Assembly: GCF_006345805.1 (NCBI RefSeq)
Contig: NC_043023.1
Span: forward strand, 3,906,001 to 3,970,000
Direction of reading: 5' to 3'
DNA from: Octopus sinensis
Lineage: Eukaryota
DNA length: 64,000 bases
Positions within the stretch are counted from its first letter, which is position 1. Every line of letters begins with the position of its first letter. The notes under the pieces were generated by a model. It was not told the DNA's origin. It searched no databases and saw nothing but the letters and a program-made list of their open reading frames with translations. Below, piece by piece: positions 1 through 12,375 of the stretch. The position numbers and the translations under genes were made by a program.

Positions 1-200
1 AAACACACACTCACACATATATATATATATATATATATCTACACAATGGGCTTCTTTCAGTTTCCATCTACTAAATCTACTCACAAGGCTTTGGTCGGCC
101 CGAGGCTATAGTAGAAGACACTTGCCCAAGGTGCCACGCAGTGGGACTGAACCCGGAACCATGTGGTTGGTAAGCAAGCTACTTACCAGACAGCCACTCA
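1..200 (-). mobile_element. SINE family A (tRNA head, internal CA/TA microsatellite), 5' half
   Basis: Reverse complement reads gagtggctgtctggtaagtagcttgcttaccaaccacatggttccgggttcagtcccactgcgtggcacc, with A-box- and B-box-like motifs. The same sequence recurs more than 10 times in the window. Confidence 0.85.
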
Positions 201-1793
201 AATTTTTTTCCTGAAGACAGCTCCATAGAAAAAAGTCTGGAGTGGTTAGATCCGGAGAACGAGATGGCCAATTTATCTCTGAAAATTAAGAAATTTATTT
301 TTTATCAAAACTTTGCCTGAGTGTTTCCTTGGTGTTCCTTATTGTTTGGGCTGCGGCTCCCTCCTGCTGAAACCACATATAAGGCATATCTTGAACCGCT
401 GGGTGTAAGAAATTTGGGATCATGGATCGGTGTTTGTCTCCAGGAACAGTAACAGTGTCTCCTTCCTCATTTTCGAAGAAATAAGGTCCTATCACTTTTT
501 TCGAAGTCATTCCACACCAGATGGTACCCTTAATGGGATGCAGCTGTCTTTGATGGATTGCTGTAGGGTTTTCTGGACCCCAAATCCTGCAGCTTTGTTT
601 ATTAATGAATCCATTCAAATGAAAATGGGTTTTATCTGCCATAATCAATTTATGGGTGGAGGCACGTGGCTTAGTGGTTAGGGTGTCAGCACCATGATCG
701 TAAGATTGTGGTTTCGATTCCTGGACCAGGCGATGCGTTGTGTTCTTGAGCAAAACACTTCATTTCACCTTGCTCCAGTCCACTCAGCCAGCAAAATTGA
801 GTAACGCTGCAATGGACTGGCGCCCCATCTAGTTGGGGAACACATATGCCATTGAAACAGGGAAAATAAACGCGCCCATGAGCTTGGCTAAGCCTTAAAA
901 GGGCGCGTTTATTTTATTATCATATATATGTATGTATGTATACATATACACACACACATACGCATATATATATATATATGTTAAGGCGTGTGGCTTAGTG
1001 GTTAAGGTGTCAGCATCATGATCATAAGATTGTGGTTTCGATTCCTGTACCGGGCGACACGTGTTCTTGAGCAAAACACTGCATTTCACATTGCTCCAGG
1101 GCCCGGTTTCTATGGCGTATGTGTTTCCCAGCTGGACGGGACACCAGTCCATCAAAGCGTTACTCATTTTTGCCAGCTGAGTAGACTGTAGCAACGTGAA
1201 ATGAAGTGCCTTAGAAGGGCACATTTATTTATTCTAATCAATTTATGGAGAACTTCTGGGTTTTCTCTTGCTAATTCTTGGAATTTTGTGGCATATTATA
1301 ATTCAGCAGGATAGTCTGGTTCTTCCAGATTTTGCACTGATCGGATTTTATACAGAAAAGATCCATTGTTTTTAAAATCCGTTGGAGTGATGTCCTGCAG
1401 CTTTCAACTCATCCAGAACATCTTCATGTTGATGTTGTTGGGTCTCCTTCAATACCATCCCTCACATGCCTGACTATGGCTTTGTTTCCAATGGAACAAG
1501 GTCTACTTATTCTTGGAAGGTCACTTACCAATCCTTGATCCACAAATTGACTAATTAATTGATTTAGATGATTCATTGCTCCATAATTACAACAAATATG
1601 CTCGTTGAGTCCGAATTATTCATCCTTGGTTTTCACAATAAAATTTCACAATTTGTGTTCACTGTTCATTAGTGTACTTTTCCAGGCTTAAATTTTAGAG
1701 TCGTCTGTGTATAAATATGAAATAAAACAAGAATTAAATATTTATTAAAAATGTTATTAAATACTGAAACCCCTTTGTGACATCTGGGCCACC

Positions 1794-1796
<3 letters not shown>
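201..1796 (-). mobile_element. Decayed Tc1/mariner transposon (DD41D/rosa-like), interrupted by SINEs
   Basis: The minus strand starts at TA|CAGGGTGGCCCAGATG (TIR end at 1796). The N-terminal frame reads LEKYTNEQ*TQIVKFYCENQG*IIRTQRAY (~1685-1595). The catalytic-domain frame reads DKTHFHLNGFINKQSCRIWG...GPYFF...WFQQEGA (295-640). Stops show it is dead. Subfamily assignment is from recalled motif similarity. Confidence 0.8.
656..1234 (+). mobile_element. Two tandem SINE family C copies plus a CA/TA microsatellite, inserted in the mariner
   Basis: Heads ggcacgtggcttagtggttagggtg (661) and ggcgtgtggcttagtggttaaggtg (985). The block is flanked by a 14-bp direct repeat taatcaatttatgg at 642-655 and 1235-1248. 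Confidence 0.85.
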
Positions 1797-1836
<40 letters not shown>

Positions 1837-2275
1837 TGTACACATTACTTAATAAATTGTATGATATAGACCTGATAGTTTGCTGGTGAAGCACATTCCA
1901 TATGTATGTATGTGTGTGTGTATATATTTATACATATATGTACACATATATACAGGTGCATATGCATATATATATCTATATATATACACACACACACACC
2001 ATATACACAGGTGTATGTGCATATATATATACACATACACGTAAACATACATACATATATGTATATATATATATATGTGCATATATCTCTATATATATGT
2101 GCATATATATATGTACGTGTATATATATCTATCTATCTATCTATACATATGTACATATATGTATACACATACACAGGTGTTTGTGCATATGTATATATAC
2201 ATACATATATGTGTGTGTGTATATATATACACACTCACACATACACATTCACATATGCACACATACACACATATT
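1797..2275. repeat. Compound (TA)n/(CA)n microsatellite
   Basis: Direct reading of the sequence. Confidence 0.9.
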
Positions 2276-2669
2276 ATTGGTGATTGTCAAAGCAAAGTCC
2301 TAGGATAATCTTAAATCTGTCTTAACATTCTTGGAGCGGTCATAGGTGTGTTTAACAAGAGTGGAATTTTGGGTGTTTTAATTTTATTTTTAACTTAAAT
2401 TTTTATTATTTAAAAACAAAAAAAAAGCAACAAAAATATCACAAAGCAAAGCAAAAAAAGAAAAACAACAAAAACAATGCCTTCTTTGCCATTGAATAAT
2501 CATAGTTTTTTTTCTTGTATTTTTATTTCTTTGTGTTTGTATTTTTGTCTTTAATCTTGAAGCCTGGTATTTATTCTATTCCTACTTTTGCCGAGCTGCT
2601 AAGTTACAAGGATGTAAACAAACCAACACTGGTTTTCAAGTTGTGGTGCTGGGAGAAAACACAAACTGA

Positions 2670-3130
2670 AGGACACACACACATACATACATATACACAC
2701 TCATACACACATACATACATATACACACATACATATATACACACACTCATACACACATACATACATACATATACACACTCATACACACATACATACATAT
2801 ATACACACACTCATACACACATACATACATACATACATACATATACACACATACATATATACACACACTCATACACACATACATACATACACACACTCAT
2901 ACACATATACACATACATACATATATATATACACACATACATACATATACACACACATACATACATATACACACTCATACACACATACATATATATACAC
3001 ACATACACACACTCATACACACATACATACATACACACACTCATACACACATACATACATATATATACACTCATACATACATATACACACATACATACAT
3101 ACATATATATACACACACATACATATGCAC
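2670..3130. repeat. Compound (CATA)n/(CA)n microsatellite inside a SINE-A-like remnant (2550-3250)
   Basis: Repeated acatacatacatatatacacacactcat units. The flanks resemble the SINE-A body and tail. Confidence 0.85.
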
Positions 3131-3264
3131 GCACAGATCTTTCATTTTTTGCTTGTTTCAGTCATTGGACTGCAGCCATGCTGGGGCACCACTATTTTGG
3201 TTGAATGAATCCACCCCCCAACACTTACTTTTTTTTAAGCCTGGTACTTATCACCAAAGAGTAC

Positions 3265-3575
3265 CAAAGATTCCTCACCCTCTATAAACAGTAAGGACCC
3301 AGTTCTGAACAGCTAGGGTTTCAAGGGTCCACAACTCCTCTCTGCCAAACAACCCCAAAGATCTACAAAGAACATTTGGACCAATTTTTATCTGAGGTAC
3401 CAGAGGAACCTGCATCATGGTAAGAAATACAGAAGGAAGCACCTCTGTCTAGTCCGTTTCTTGAATTTATCAGAACTGGTTCAAGAGTAAGGGCTGAAAA
3501 GTGAGTGTGAAATAAAAGCCAATCACACTATAAGTGGTGCTCCAGTATGGCCACAAACCGCTGAAACCAGTAAAA
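3265..3575 (+). mobile_element. CR1/L2-like LINE 3' end
   Basis: Remnant frame similar to NSLGFKGPQL...KEHLDQFLSEVPEEP. Ends in ggtgctccagtatggccacaaaccgctgaaaccagtaaaa, which matches the SINE-A tail. Confidence 0.65.
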
Positions 3576-3591
3576 TTAATGCCATATGAGG

Positions 3592-4335
3592 GGAATCATC
3601 ATCATCATCATTTAGCGTCCGTTTTCCATGCTAGCATGGGTTGGACGGTTCTACTGGGGTCTGTGAAGCCAGAAGGCTTCATCAGGCCCAGTCAAATCTG
3701 GCAGTGTTTCTACGGCTGGATGCCCTTCCTAACGCCAACCACTCCGTGAGTGTAGTGGGTGCTTTTTACGTGCCACCCGCACTGGTGCCAGACAGAGCTG
3801 GCAAACGGCCACGAACGGATGGTGCTTTTTATGTGCCACCGGCACGACGGGCCAGGCGAGGCTGGCAACGGACACGAAACGGGGCGGTGCTGGCAACGGT
3901 CGCGAAACGGAAAGTTCTCTTACATGCCACCGGCACTGGTAACACATCTGCAATTTCCATTGATCGATTTCGATTCTGATCCTCACTTGCCTCAATGGGT
4001 CTTCACAAGCAGAGTTTCGACATGCCACCGGCACTGGTAGCACATCCGCAATTTCCATTGATCGATTTCGATTCTGATCCTCACTTGCCTCAACACGTCT
4101 TCACAAGTAGAGTTTTGTGTCCCAAGAAGGGAAGGTATGCATACGTAGGCTGGCTCCATCCCATGTAGAAGGCCACGGGTTGTGGACTCACTTGTCCTGC
4201 CGGGTCTTCTCGCGCACAGCACACTTCCAGAGGTCTCGGTCTCTAGTCATTTCCTCAGTGAGACCTAAAGTTCGAAGGTCGTGCTTCACCACCTCGTCCC
4301 AGGTTTTCCTGGGTCTGCCTCTTCCACAGGTTCCC
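3592..4335 (-). mobile_element. RTE-clade LINE, 3' end of ORF and 3'UTR with (GAT)n tail
   Basis: Frame LKVEGTCGRGRPRKTWDEVVKHDLRTLGLTEEMTRDRDLWKCAVREKTRQDK* (GRGRPRKTW is typical of the RTE C-terminus). The UTR has an internal ~73-bp duplication and ends in gatgatgatg. Confidence 0.85.
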
Positions 4336-4579
4336 TCAACCTTTAAAGAAATGTTTGTGTTCGTATGTATATATGTGTGTATACTGATGCCATGTGAAAA
4401 GTATCCAGTCCACACTGAATTGGTTGGCATTTGGAAGGGCTTTGTTCAGGTGTAAAAACCATGCCAAAATTGACCTCACCTGTGCTGGTGCCATGTAAAA
4501 AGCTCTCAGTCTACTCTACGGGGTGGTTGGTGATATAAGAGACATCAGATGTATGCGAGAGAAAAGATGGGCTGATGTG

Positions 4580-5100
4580 ACGGCGAGCTGGCAGAAATGT
4601 TAGCACGCTGGCCGAAATGCTTAGCGGTATTTCGTCTGCCGTTACGTTCTGAGTTCAAATTCCGCTGAGGTTGACTTTGCCTTTCATCCTTTCGGGGTCG
4701 ATAAATCAAGTACCAGTTATGCACTGGAGTCGATGCAATCGACTTAATCCCTTTGTCTGTCCTTGTTTGTCACCTCTATGTTTAACCCCTTGTGGGTAGT
4801 AAAGAAATAGGTATTTCGCCTGCCGTTACGTTCTGAGTTCAAATTCCGCCGAGGTCGACTTTGCCTTTCATCCTTTCGGAGTTGATAAATTAAGTACCAG
4901 TTACGCACTGGGGTCGATGTAATCGACTTAATCCATTTGTTTGTCCTCACTGTGTTTAGCCCCTTGTGGGTAGTAAAGAAATAAGTATTTCGTCTGCCGG
5001 TACGTTCTGAGCTCAAATTCCGCCGAGGTCGACTTTGCCTTTCATCCTTTCGGGGTTGATAAATTAAGTACCAAGCCCCTTGTGGGTAGTAAAGAAATAG
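4580..5100 (+). mobile_element. SINE family B, head-to-tail trimer (one head, three bodies, third body partial)
   Basis: Head ggcgagctggcagaaatgttagc. Bodies start gtatttcgyctgcc at ~4627, ~4811 and ~4985, each joined directly after aaagaaata(g/a). Confidence 0.85.
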
Positions 5101-5869
5101 GTGTTAGGAAGGGCATCCAGCTGTAAAAACCATGCCAAAGCAGACACAGTAGCTTGATGTAGTCTCCTACCAAGCCAGCTCCTGTTAATCGTTCTACCCA
5201 TGCACGCATGGAAGACAGGCGTTAAATGATGATGATGATACACACACACACACACAGACGTGTATAACACATAAACAGTGCATGAATGATTGCTTTAAGA
5301 TACACGGCATACTCTATAATATAAATTGGACATGGGTGAGCGTTATATTCTTTCTTGTCTTGAGGTTCACAGCCAAACTGCTGGGTGGATTCGCGTGAAA
5401 AATGGCACACATGTGGAGACGGGTGCATAGATTGGAATGCAGTTTGAATTTTTTTCCTAACCCCCATACTTACCGAGAAAATCAATTAAAACGTTTTCTT
5501 ATGGAATTCCCCTCTTTCTTCTGACATTAAAAGAACCAGTTGCTTAGAATCTGTTTTCTGACGGGTTGGGGTCAGGAAATTTTCATATAGCTGGAGGCTC
5601 CAATCGAAACAGGGGACCCGAAAACATAAGGTTGAGAAACACTGTTATAGATTATGTCTAACCGAGAACAATCACATCCACATCATCCAAACAGACCAAG
5701 TGAAACTGGGCTTAGCTGCTAGTTTATTTATAAATATGCCTGCTCAAGTATCATAATAACATGAAACTATCAGTAGCTCTTTTGGTTGTGTATCTCTCCC
5801 TGGATGGGGCACATTTTTTGTTGATTCTACCCCTATTGGATCTTTAGACTATATATGTATGCTAATATT

Positions 5870-6222
5870 TATTTCTTTATTGCCCACTGAGGGCTAAATA
5901 TAGAGGGGACAAACAAGGACAGACAAAGGGATTAAGTCGATTACATCGACTCCAGTGTACTTATTTAGTCAACCCCGAAAGGATGAAAGGTAAAGTCGAC
6001 CTCAACGGAATTTGAACTCAGAACGTAATCGCAGACAAACTACCTGTTTCTTTACTACCCACAAGGGGCTAAACACAGAGAGGAGAAACGGATTAAGTTG
6101 ATTATATCAACCCCAGTGCGTAACTTAATTTATCGATCCCGAAAGGATGGAAGGCAAAGTCGACCTTGGCGGAATTTGAACTCGACGAAACACCGCTAAG
6201 CATTTTGCCCAGTATGCTAATA
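5870..6222 (-). mobile_element. SINE family B dimer
   Basis: Two bodies with the same junction as the 4.6 kb array and a single head at ~6220. Confidence 0.8.
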
Positions 6223-6224
6223 TT

Positions 6225-9040
6225 GAATGGTCTGAAGGAGTGCTCCACACTGCATTGGTGGGTAAATATTTTTTATTTGTTGGTTAACAAGGCTACCAAT
6301 GCTTTCATGTAAAGTGGTCTCTTAACAATTATCTAGCCTGCCGCATGAGAACGTTGGTACTTGTCTCCATCTTGAATGATGCATATTTCCGGATGCACAT
6401 TACTAAGTTGGCGACAGAATACAGGCAGTTTACCGGACGGATCCTTAGAACTTTCAGAATGAGAAAATAGGAAACTATAATTGTCCTCAGCCATGTAGAT
6501 TGCTGCTCCCAACTATGGTGGTCACTACACAGTGTAAAGTTAATGTCAGAACTCGAACCAATGCAGCAAAGCTACACAAGATTGTCTCAGTGTGGTATGT
6601 CAGCCACTAGGTGAGACCAAAATAGTTAAGACTTTACTCCCTAGAATGAAGGAAGGAAAGGTATGCAGTGATAGTCACCTGGAAAATCCTAGAACTTGTA
6701 CCTAACTTTGGCATTGAATGGTATGAATGAATGCTCCACAATGCATTGGAGGATAAATATTTTTTGTTTATTGGTTAACAAGGCTACCAATGCTTTCATG
6801 TAAAGCAGTCTCTTAACAATTATCTAGGCCTGCCGCATGAGAACGTTGGCTCTTGTCTTCATCTTGAATGATGCATATTTCCGGATGCACATTACTAAGT
6901 TGGCGACAGAATACAGGCAGTTTACCGGATGGATCCTTAGAACTTTCAGAATGAGACAGCAGGAATCTATGATGGTCCTATGGAAGACATTTGTCCTCAG
7001 CCATTTAGATTATTGCTCCCAACTATAGTGGTCACCACACAGTGTAAAATTAATGACAGAACTCGAACCAATGCAGCAAAGCTACACCAAATTGTTTCAG
7101 TGTGACATATCAGCTACTGGGTGAAACCAAAAAAGTTAAGACTTTACTCCCTAGAATGAAGGAAGGAAAGGTATGCAGTGATAGACACCTGGAAAATCCT
7201 AGAACTTGTACCTAACTTTGGCATTGAATGGTATGAATATTTTCTATTTGTTGGTTAACAAGGCTACCAATGCTTTCATGTAAAGCGGTCTCTCAACAAT
7301 TATCTAGCCTGCTGCATGAGAACGTTGGTACTTGTCTCCATCTTGAATGATGCATATTACTAAGTTGGCGACAGAATACAGGCAGTTTACCGGCTGGATC
7401 CTTAGAACTTTCAGAATGAGAAAATAGGAAACTATAATTGTCCTCTGGAAGACATTTGTCCTCAGCCATGTAGACTGCTGCTCCCAACTATGGTGGTCAG
7501 CACAAAGTGTAAAATTAATGACAGAACTCGAACCAATGCGGCAAAGCTACACAAGATTGTCTCAGTCTGATATGTCAGCTACTGGGAGAGACTGAAAAAG
7601 TTAAGACTTTACTCCCTAGAATGAAGGAAGGAAAGGTATGCAGTGATAGACACCTGGAAAATCCTAGAAGAGCTTGTACCTAACTTTGGCATTGAATGGT
7701 ATGAATGAATGCCCCACACTGCATTGGTGGATAAGTATTTTTTATTTGTTGGTTAACAAGGCTACCAATGCTTTCATGTAAAGTGGTCTCTTAACAATTA
7801 TCTAGCCTGCCGCATGAGAACGTTGGTACTTGTCTCCATCTTAAATGATGCATATTACTAATTTGGCGACAGAATACAGGCAGTTTACCGGATGGATCCT
7901 TAGAACTTTCAGAATGAGAGAAAAGGAAACTACGATTGTCCTCAGCCATGTAGACTGCTGCTCCCAACTATGGTGGTCAGCACACAGTGTAAAATTAATG
8001 GCAGAACTCGAACCAATGCGGCAAAGCTACACAAGGTTGTCTCAGTGTGACATGTCAGCTACTGGGAGAGACTGAAAAAGTTACACTTTACTCCCTAGAA
8101 TGAAGGAAGGAAAGGTATGCAGTCATAGACTTTCTTTTACTCTTTTACTTGTTTCAGTCATTTGACTGCGGCCATGCTGGAGCACCGCCTTTAGCCGAGC
8201 AAATCGACCCCAGGATTATTCTTTGGAAGCCTAGTACTTATTCTATCAGTATCTTTTGCCAAACCACTAAGTTACGGGGATGTAAACACACCAGCATCGG
8301 TTGTCAAGCAATGCTGGGTAGCAAACACAGACACACAAACACATATATATCTAGGGAGAGTTTACGAAAAAAACAAGACGAAGACAGGTGGTGTACAAAA
8401 CAAGCAGATGTATTAGTATAATGCTCAGGAATAGAAAAAGGCTTTTACGTTTCGAGCCTACGCTCTTCTACAGAAAAAAATGTGTGTAGTGGCTAATGAT
8501 CTATCATGGCGACTACATATATACGACAAGCTTCTTTCAGTTTCCATCTACCAAATCCATTCACAAGGCTTTGGTCGGTCTGAGGCTATAGTAGAAGACA
8601 CTTGCCCAAGGTGCCACGCAGTGGGACTGAACCTGGAACCATGTGGTTCGTAAGTAAGCTACTTACCACCTTAGAAGAACTTGTACCTAACTTTGGCATT
8701 GTAAGTTACACAAACAGCAGGGTGGGGCACCACTGCATAGTACCGAAAACCCCAACATTGCCATCAGGATACAGAATTAGATATTGCAACAGCTTGGGTT
8801 TCAAGAGCCCACAGCTCTTCAGTATTCTCCCACAAAGCCTGAGAAACCTTCATGGTGTGGATGTAGTCCTTTTCAAAACAATTGGATTTCCTCAAGGTTT
8901 CTGGATGAACCTTCCTCAAGGGTAGCAACACCAAACAACCCCTTTCACCTACTGCCACACTGGAGGGGGTTTAGGGAAAGTGTAGTAAAGCTAACAGCAC
9001 TGCTCCAGCATGGCTGTAGCTCTTAAGCTGAAACTTGTGA
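6225..9040 (+). mobile_element. CR1/L2-like LINE remnant whose ~490-bp segment is amplified four times in tandem, then continues to the 3' end
   Basis: Units start at ~6225, ~6716, ~7225 and ~7693 and contain KTFVLSHLDYCSQL(W)...SPH (CR1-type RT C-terminal motif). The unique continuation at 8671-9040 ends in gctccagcatggctgtagctcttaagctgaaac. Confidence 0.8.
8130..8670 (-). mobile_element. SINE family A copy with a Penelope-like fragment (8350-8515) inside its TA microsatellite
   Basis: Tail ttttactcttttacttgtttcagtcatttgactgcggccatgctggagc at 8132. Head at ~8665. The internal foreign segment is similar to 43500-43630. Confidence 0.8.
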
Positions 9041-9094
9041 AGAAATATACACACACACATAATATATCACCGTGACCGACCAGGCTATCAGATG

Positions 9095-9340
9095 TTGCTA
9101 TACATCACTGGTCACAATGCGCTTCACATTGTTTTAGCCTTCAAATGACGCCACCCTGCTGGCTAAGCGAGCAGGCCAACCAATGAAAGAGAGAGAAAGT
9201 TGTGGCGAAATAGTACAGTAGGGACCGCCACCATCCCCTGCTGGAGCCTTGTGGAGCTTTAGGTGTTTTTGCTCAATATACAATGCCCAGTCTGGGAATC
9301 AAAACCGCGAGTCCGCTGCCCTAACCACCGGGCCATTGCA
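9095..9340 (-). mobile_element. tRNA-headed SINE (family D-like)
   Basis: Minus strand aggtgcaatggcccggtggttagggcagcggactcgcggttttgattcccagac, similar to the 23775 copy. Confidence 0.65.
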
Positions 9341-9598
9341 CCTAATATATATGTGTGTATGTATGTATGAGATGCATGGAGAATGGTTATTGAATGGATG
9401 AAGGAGAGTCGTTCAAATATCGGACCAATTGAGGGTCCAGCCATCAGAGTTAGTCGTATAAGAGATGGGGCAGTTAAGGATATGAAGACTAGGAAAGCCC
9501 ATGGACCATTGCCAACACGATTAACATATACGGTGGTGTGGGATACAACCTCATCAATCACAGTTAATCAGGTTATTCAGGAACGGTGCTGACAGCAC

Positions 9599-9900
9599 GG
9601 GCCCTGTGGCGCAACGGTAGTGAGCTGGCAGAAACGTTAGAACACCGGGCGAAATGCTTAGCGGTATTTCGTCTGCGTTATGTTGTGAGTTCAAATTCCA
9701 CTGAGGTCGACTTTGCCTTTCATCCTTTCGGGGTCAATAAATTAAGTACCAGTTACGCACTGGGTTTGATGTAATCGACTTAATACCTATGTCTGTCCTT
9801 GTTTGTCCCCTCTGTGTTTAGCCCCTTGTGGGTAATAAAGGAATAGGTAGCGCTCTGACTCCAGATCAGAGGGCTGCGTGTTCAGATCACATCGAGGTCA
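9599..9900 (+). pseudogene. tRNA-Trp(CCA) pseudogene split by a SINE-B insertion (9621-9845)
   Basis: Removing the insert gives GGCCCTGTGGCGCAACGGTAGCGCTCTGACTCCAGATCAGAGGGCTGCGTGTTCAGATCACATCGAGGTCA. This is close to the conserved metazoan tRNA-Trp (anticodon loop CTCCAGA). ggtag is duplicated at 9616-9620 and 9846-9850. Confidence 0.8.
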
Positions 9901-10220
9901 ACAATTGTAACAGGATGAGAGATCCCCACACTGGAGGGGTGCAGCTCGCATCCTTTATATTAAATATTAATCGAAGAAAGAGTCAAGATTTTCTGTTAAC
10001 TTCAGCAGTATAAATATTTATTCTTGGATTCGCAATATAAATATTTCCTTCCTCTGGGCAAATCGGCAGCCTAGGAGCTTATCGGCAGTAGTCAAGTGGA
10101 GTGAGTCAATCCTGACCGCTCAAGCATAGCGGAGATGCACCACGAGGTAGCAGCTCAAGAGAGCTGATGAAGACACATCTATATCGTTCAGCTGCTGCTA
10201 GTTTTCTGTGCATATGCATA

Positions 10221-10425
10221 CTCTTACTCTCTCTTTTACTTATTTCAGTCATTTGACTGCGGCCATGCTGGAGCACCGCCTTTAGTCGAGCAAATCGACC
10301 CCAGGACTTATTCTTTGTAAGCCCAGTACTCATTCTATCGGTCTCTTTTGCCGAACCGCTAAGTGACGGGGACGTAAACACACCAGCATCGGTTGTCAAG
10401 CAATGCTAGGGGGACAAACACACGC

Positions 10426-10471
<46 letters not shown>

Positions 10472-10808
10472 GACAGGCTTCTTTCAGTTTCCGTCTACCA
10501 AATCCGCTCACAAGGCTATAGTAGAAGACACTTGCCCAAGGTGCCATGCAGTGGGACTGAACCCGGAACCATGAGGTTGGTTAGCAAGCTACTTACTACA
10601 CAGCCACTCCTTGTGCATGTATATATATATAATACATATATACATAAGTGACAGGCTTCTTTCAGTTTCCATCAACCAAATCCACTCACAAGGCATTGGT
10701 CGGCCCGGGGCTATAGCAGAAGACACTTGCCCAAGATGCCACACAGTAGGACTGAACCCGGAACCATGTGGTTGGTAAACAAGCAACTTACCACACAGCC
10801 ACTCCTGC
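10221..10808 (-). mobile_element. SINE family A: full copy (10221-10610) plus a second 5' half (10650-10808)
   Basis: Same head, body and tail as the other SINE-A copies. Confidence 0.85.
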
Positions 10809-10839
10809 ATGAGGGAACTTCCAGAAGATTCCAACCCTG

Positions 10840-11800
10840 TGCATGCATGCTGGAGATTTCCAAGATGGCGTCACTACAATGTCATCTCAAAGACTGGTGT
10901 AGTAGTATTATAGTTAGCTGCTCCAAGGGTAAAGGAGATGTCTTCAATAGAAACACTTACAGAGGTATATTAAACTGGTGGACCGGGTCAGGAAAGTTAC
11001 TGAGAGGGTTATAGCTTAATTGGTTAAGTATAGAAATAAACTAGATGAGATGCAGTTTGGTTTTATTCCTGGGAGAAATACCTATTTCTTTACTGCCCAC
11101 TAGGGGCTAAACACAGAGAGGACAGACAAACGGATTAAGTCGATTATATCGACCCCGAAAGGATGAAAGGCAAAGTTGAACTCGGAACGTAAAGGCAGAC
11201 AAAATACCACTAAGTATTTCGCCCGGCGTGCTAACGATTCTGCCAGCATGACACCTTCCTGGGAGAAATACCACAGCTCACCATCTTGTTAGTGAGACAG
11301 TTGCAAGAAAAGTATTTGGCCAAAAGTTTTTAAAAAAATAATAAATGTACCCTTTTAAAGCCTAGCCAGGCTCGTGGGTCCGGTTTTCTATAGCGTATGT
11401 GTTCCCCAGCTGGATGGGATGCCAGTCCATCACAGCGTTACTCATTTTTGCCAGCTGAGTGGACTGGAGCAACGTGAAATGAAGTGATTTGTTCAAGAAC
11501 ACAATGTGTCACCCGGTCTAGGAATCAAAACCACAATCTTACGATCATGGTGCTGACGCCCTAACCACTAAGCCACGCGCTTACACATTTGGCCAAAAGT
11601 AAACCATTGTATTTAGCTTTTGTCAATCTGGAGAAAGCTTTCAACAGGGTTCTCTGCTCTCTCATCTGGTGGTCTCTAAGGAAGCTAGAGGTAGAGGTGT
11701 GGCTTGTTAGAGCTGTACTAGTCATGTAGAGTGGTGCTGTCACTGAGGTGAGAGCCTTGAATACAATGATGAATTTAGCATACAAGTTGGAGTTCACCAG
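10840..11800 (+). mobile_element. RTE LINE reverse-transcriptase remnant interrupted by SINE-B (11084-11255) and SINE-C (11340-11580)
   Basis: Similar to 44230-45205 (gatgagatgcagtttggtttt...; ctggagaaagctttcaacagggt). SINE-B is flanked by the TSD ttcctgggagaaatacc. Confidence 0.7.
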
Positions 11801-12039
11801 GGAAAGTAGGAGTAATAATAAAAAGTAAATTAAATAAAACAAAACTGGGACTCTGTCAGTTATGATGATAGGGGTTCCAGTTGATTTGATCATCAGAACA
11901 GTCTGCTTGTGAAATTAACATGCAAGTGGCTGAGTATTCCACAGACATGCATACCCTTAACTTAGTTCTCAAGGAGATTCAGTGGGACACAGAATGTGAC
12001 AAGGCTGGCTCTTTGCATTACAGATTCAACTCATTTCTT

Positions 12040-12375
12040 ATTTATTACCCACAAGGGGCTACACACAGAGGGGACAAACAAGGTCAGACAAAGAGATTAA
12101 GTCAATTAGATTGACCCCAGTGCATAGCTGGTACTTAATTTATCGACCCCAAAAGGTTGAAAGGCAAAGTTGACATCAGTGGAATTTGAACTCAGAATGT
12201 TACGGCAGACGAAATACTGCTAAACATTTCGCTCAGCGTGCTAACGTTTCTGCCAGGTGAGTGGACTGGAGTGAAATAATGTGTCTTACTCAAGGACACT
12301 GCGTGAACCTGGGAATTGAACTCACAACCTTATCGTGAGCTGAATACCCTAACTACTAACCCACACCTTCACACA
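12040..12375 (-). mobile_element. SINE-B copy joined to a SINE-C head fragment
   Basis: Family body motifs are present on the minus strand. Confidence 0.7.

Noticed and set aside
9383-9592. 69-aa ORF upstream of the tRNA-Trp pseudogene as part of a tRNA-targeting element
   Set aside because: No RT or endonuclease motif and no TSD were recognisable.
10160-10200. CTGATGAAGAC motif
   Set aside because: No downstream GAAA or stems.
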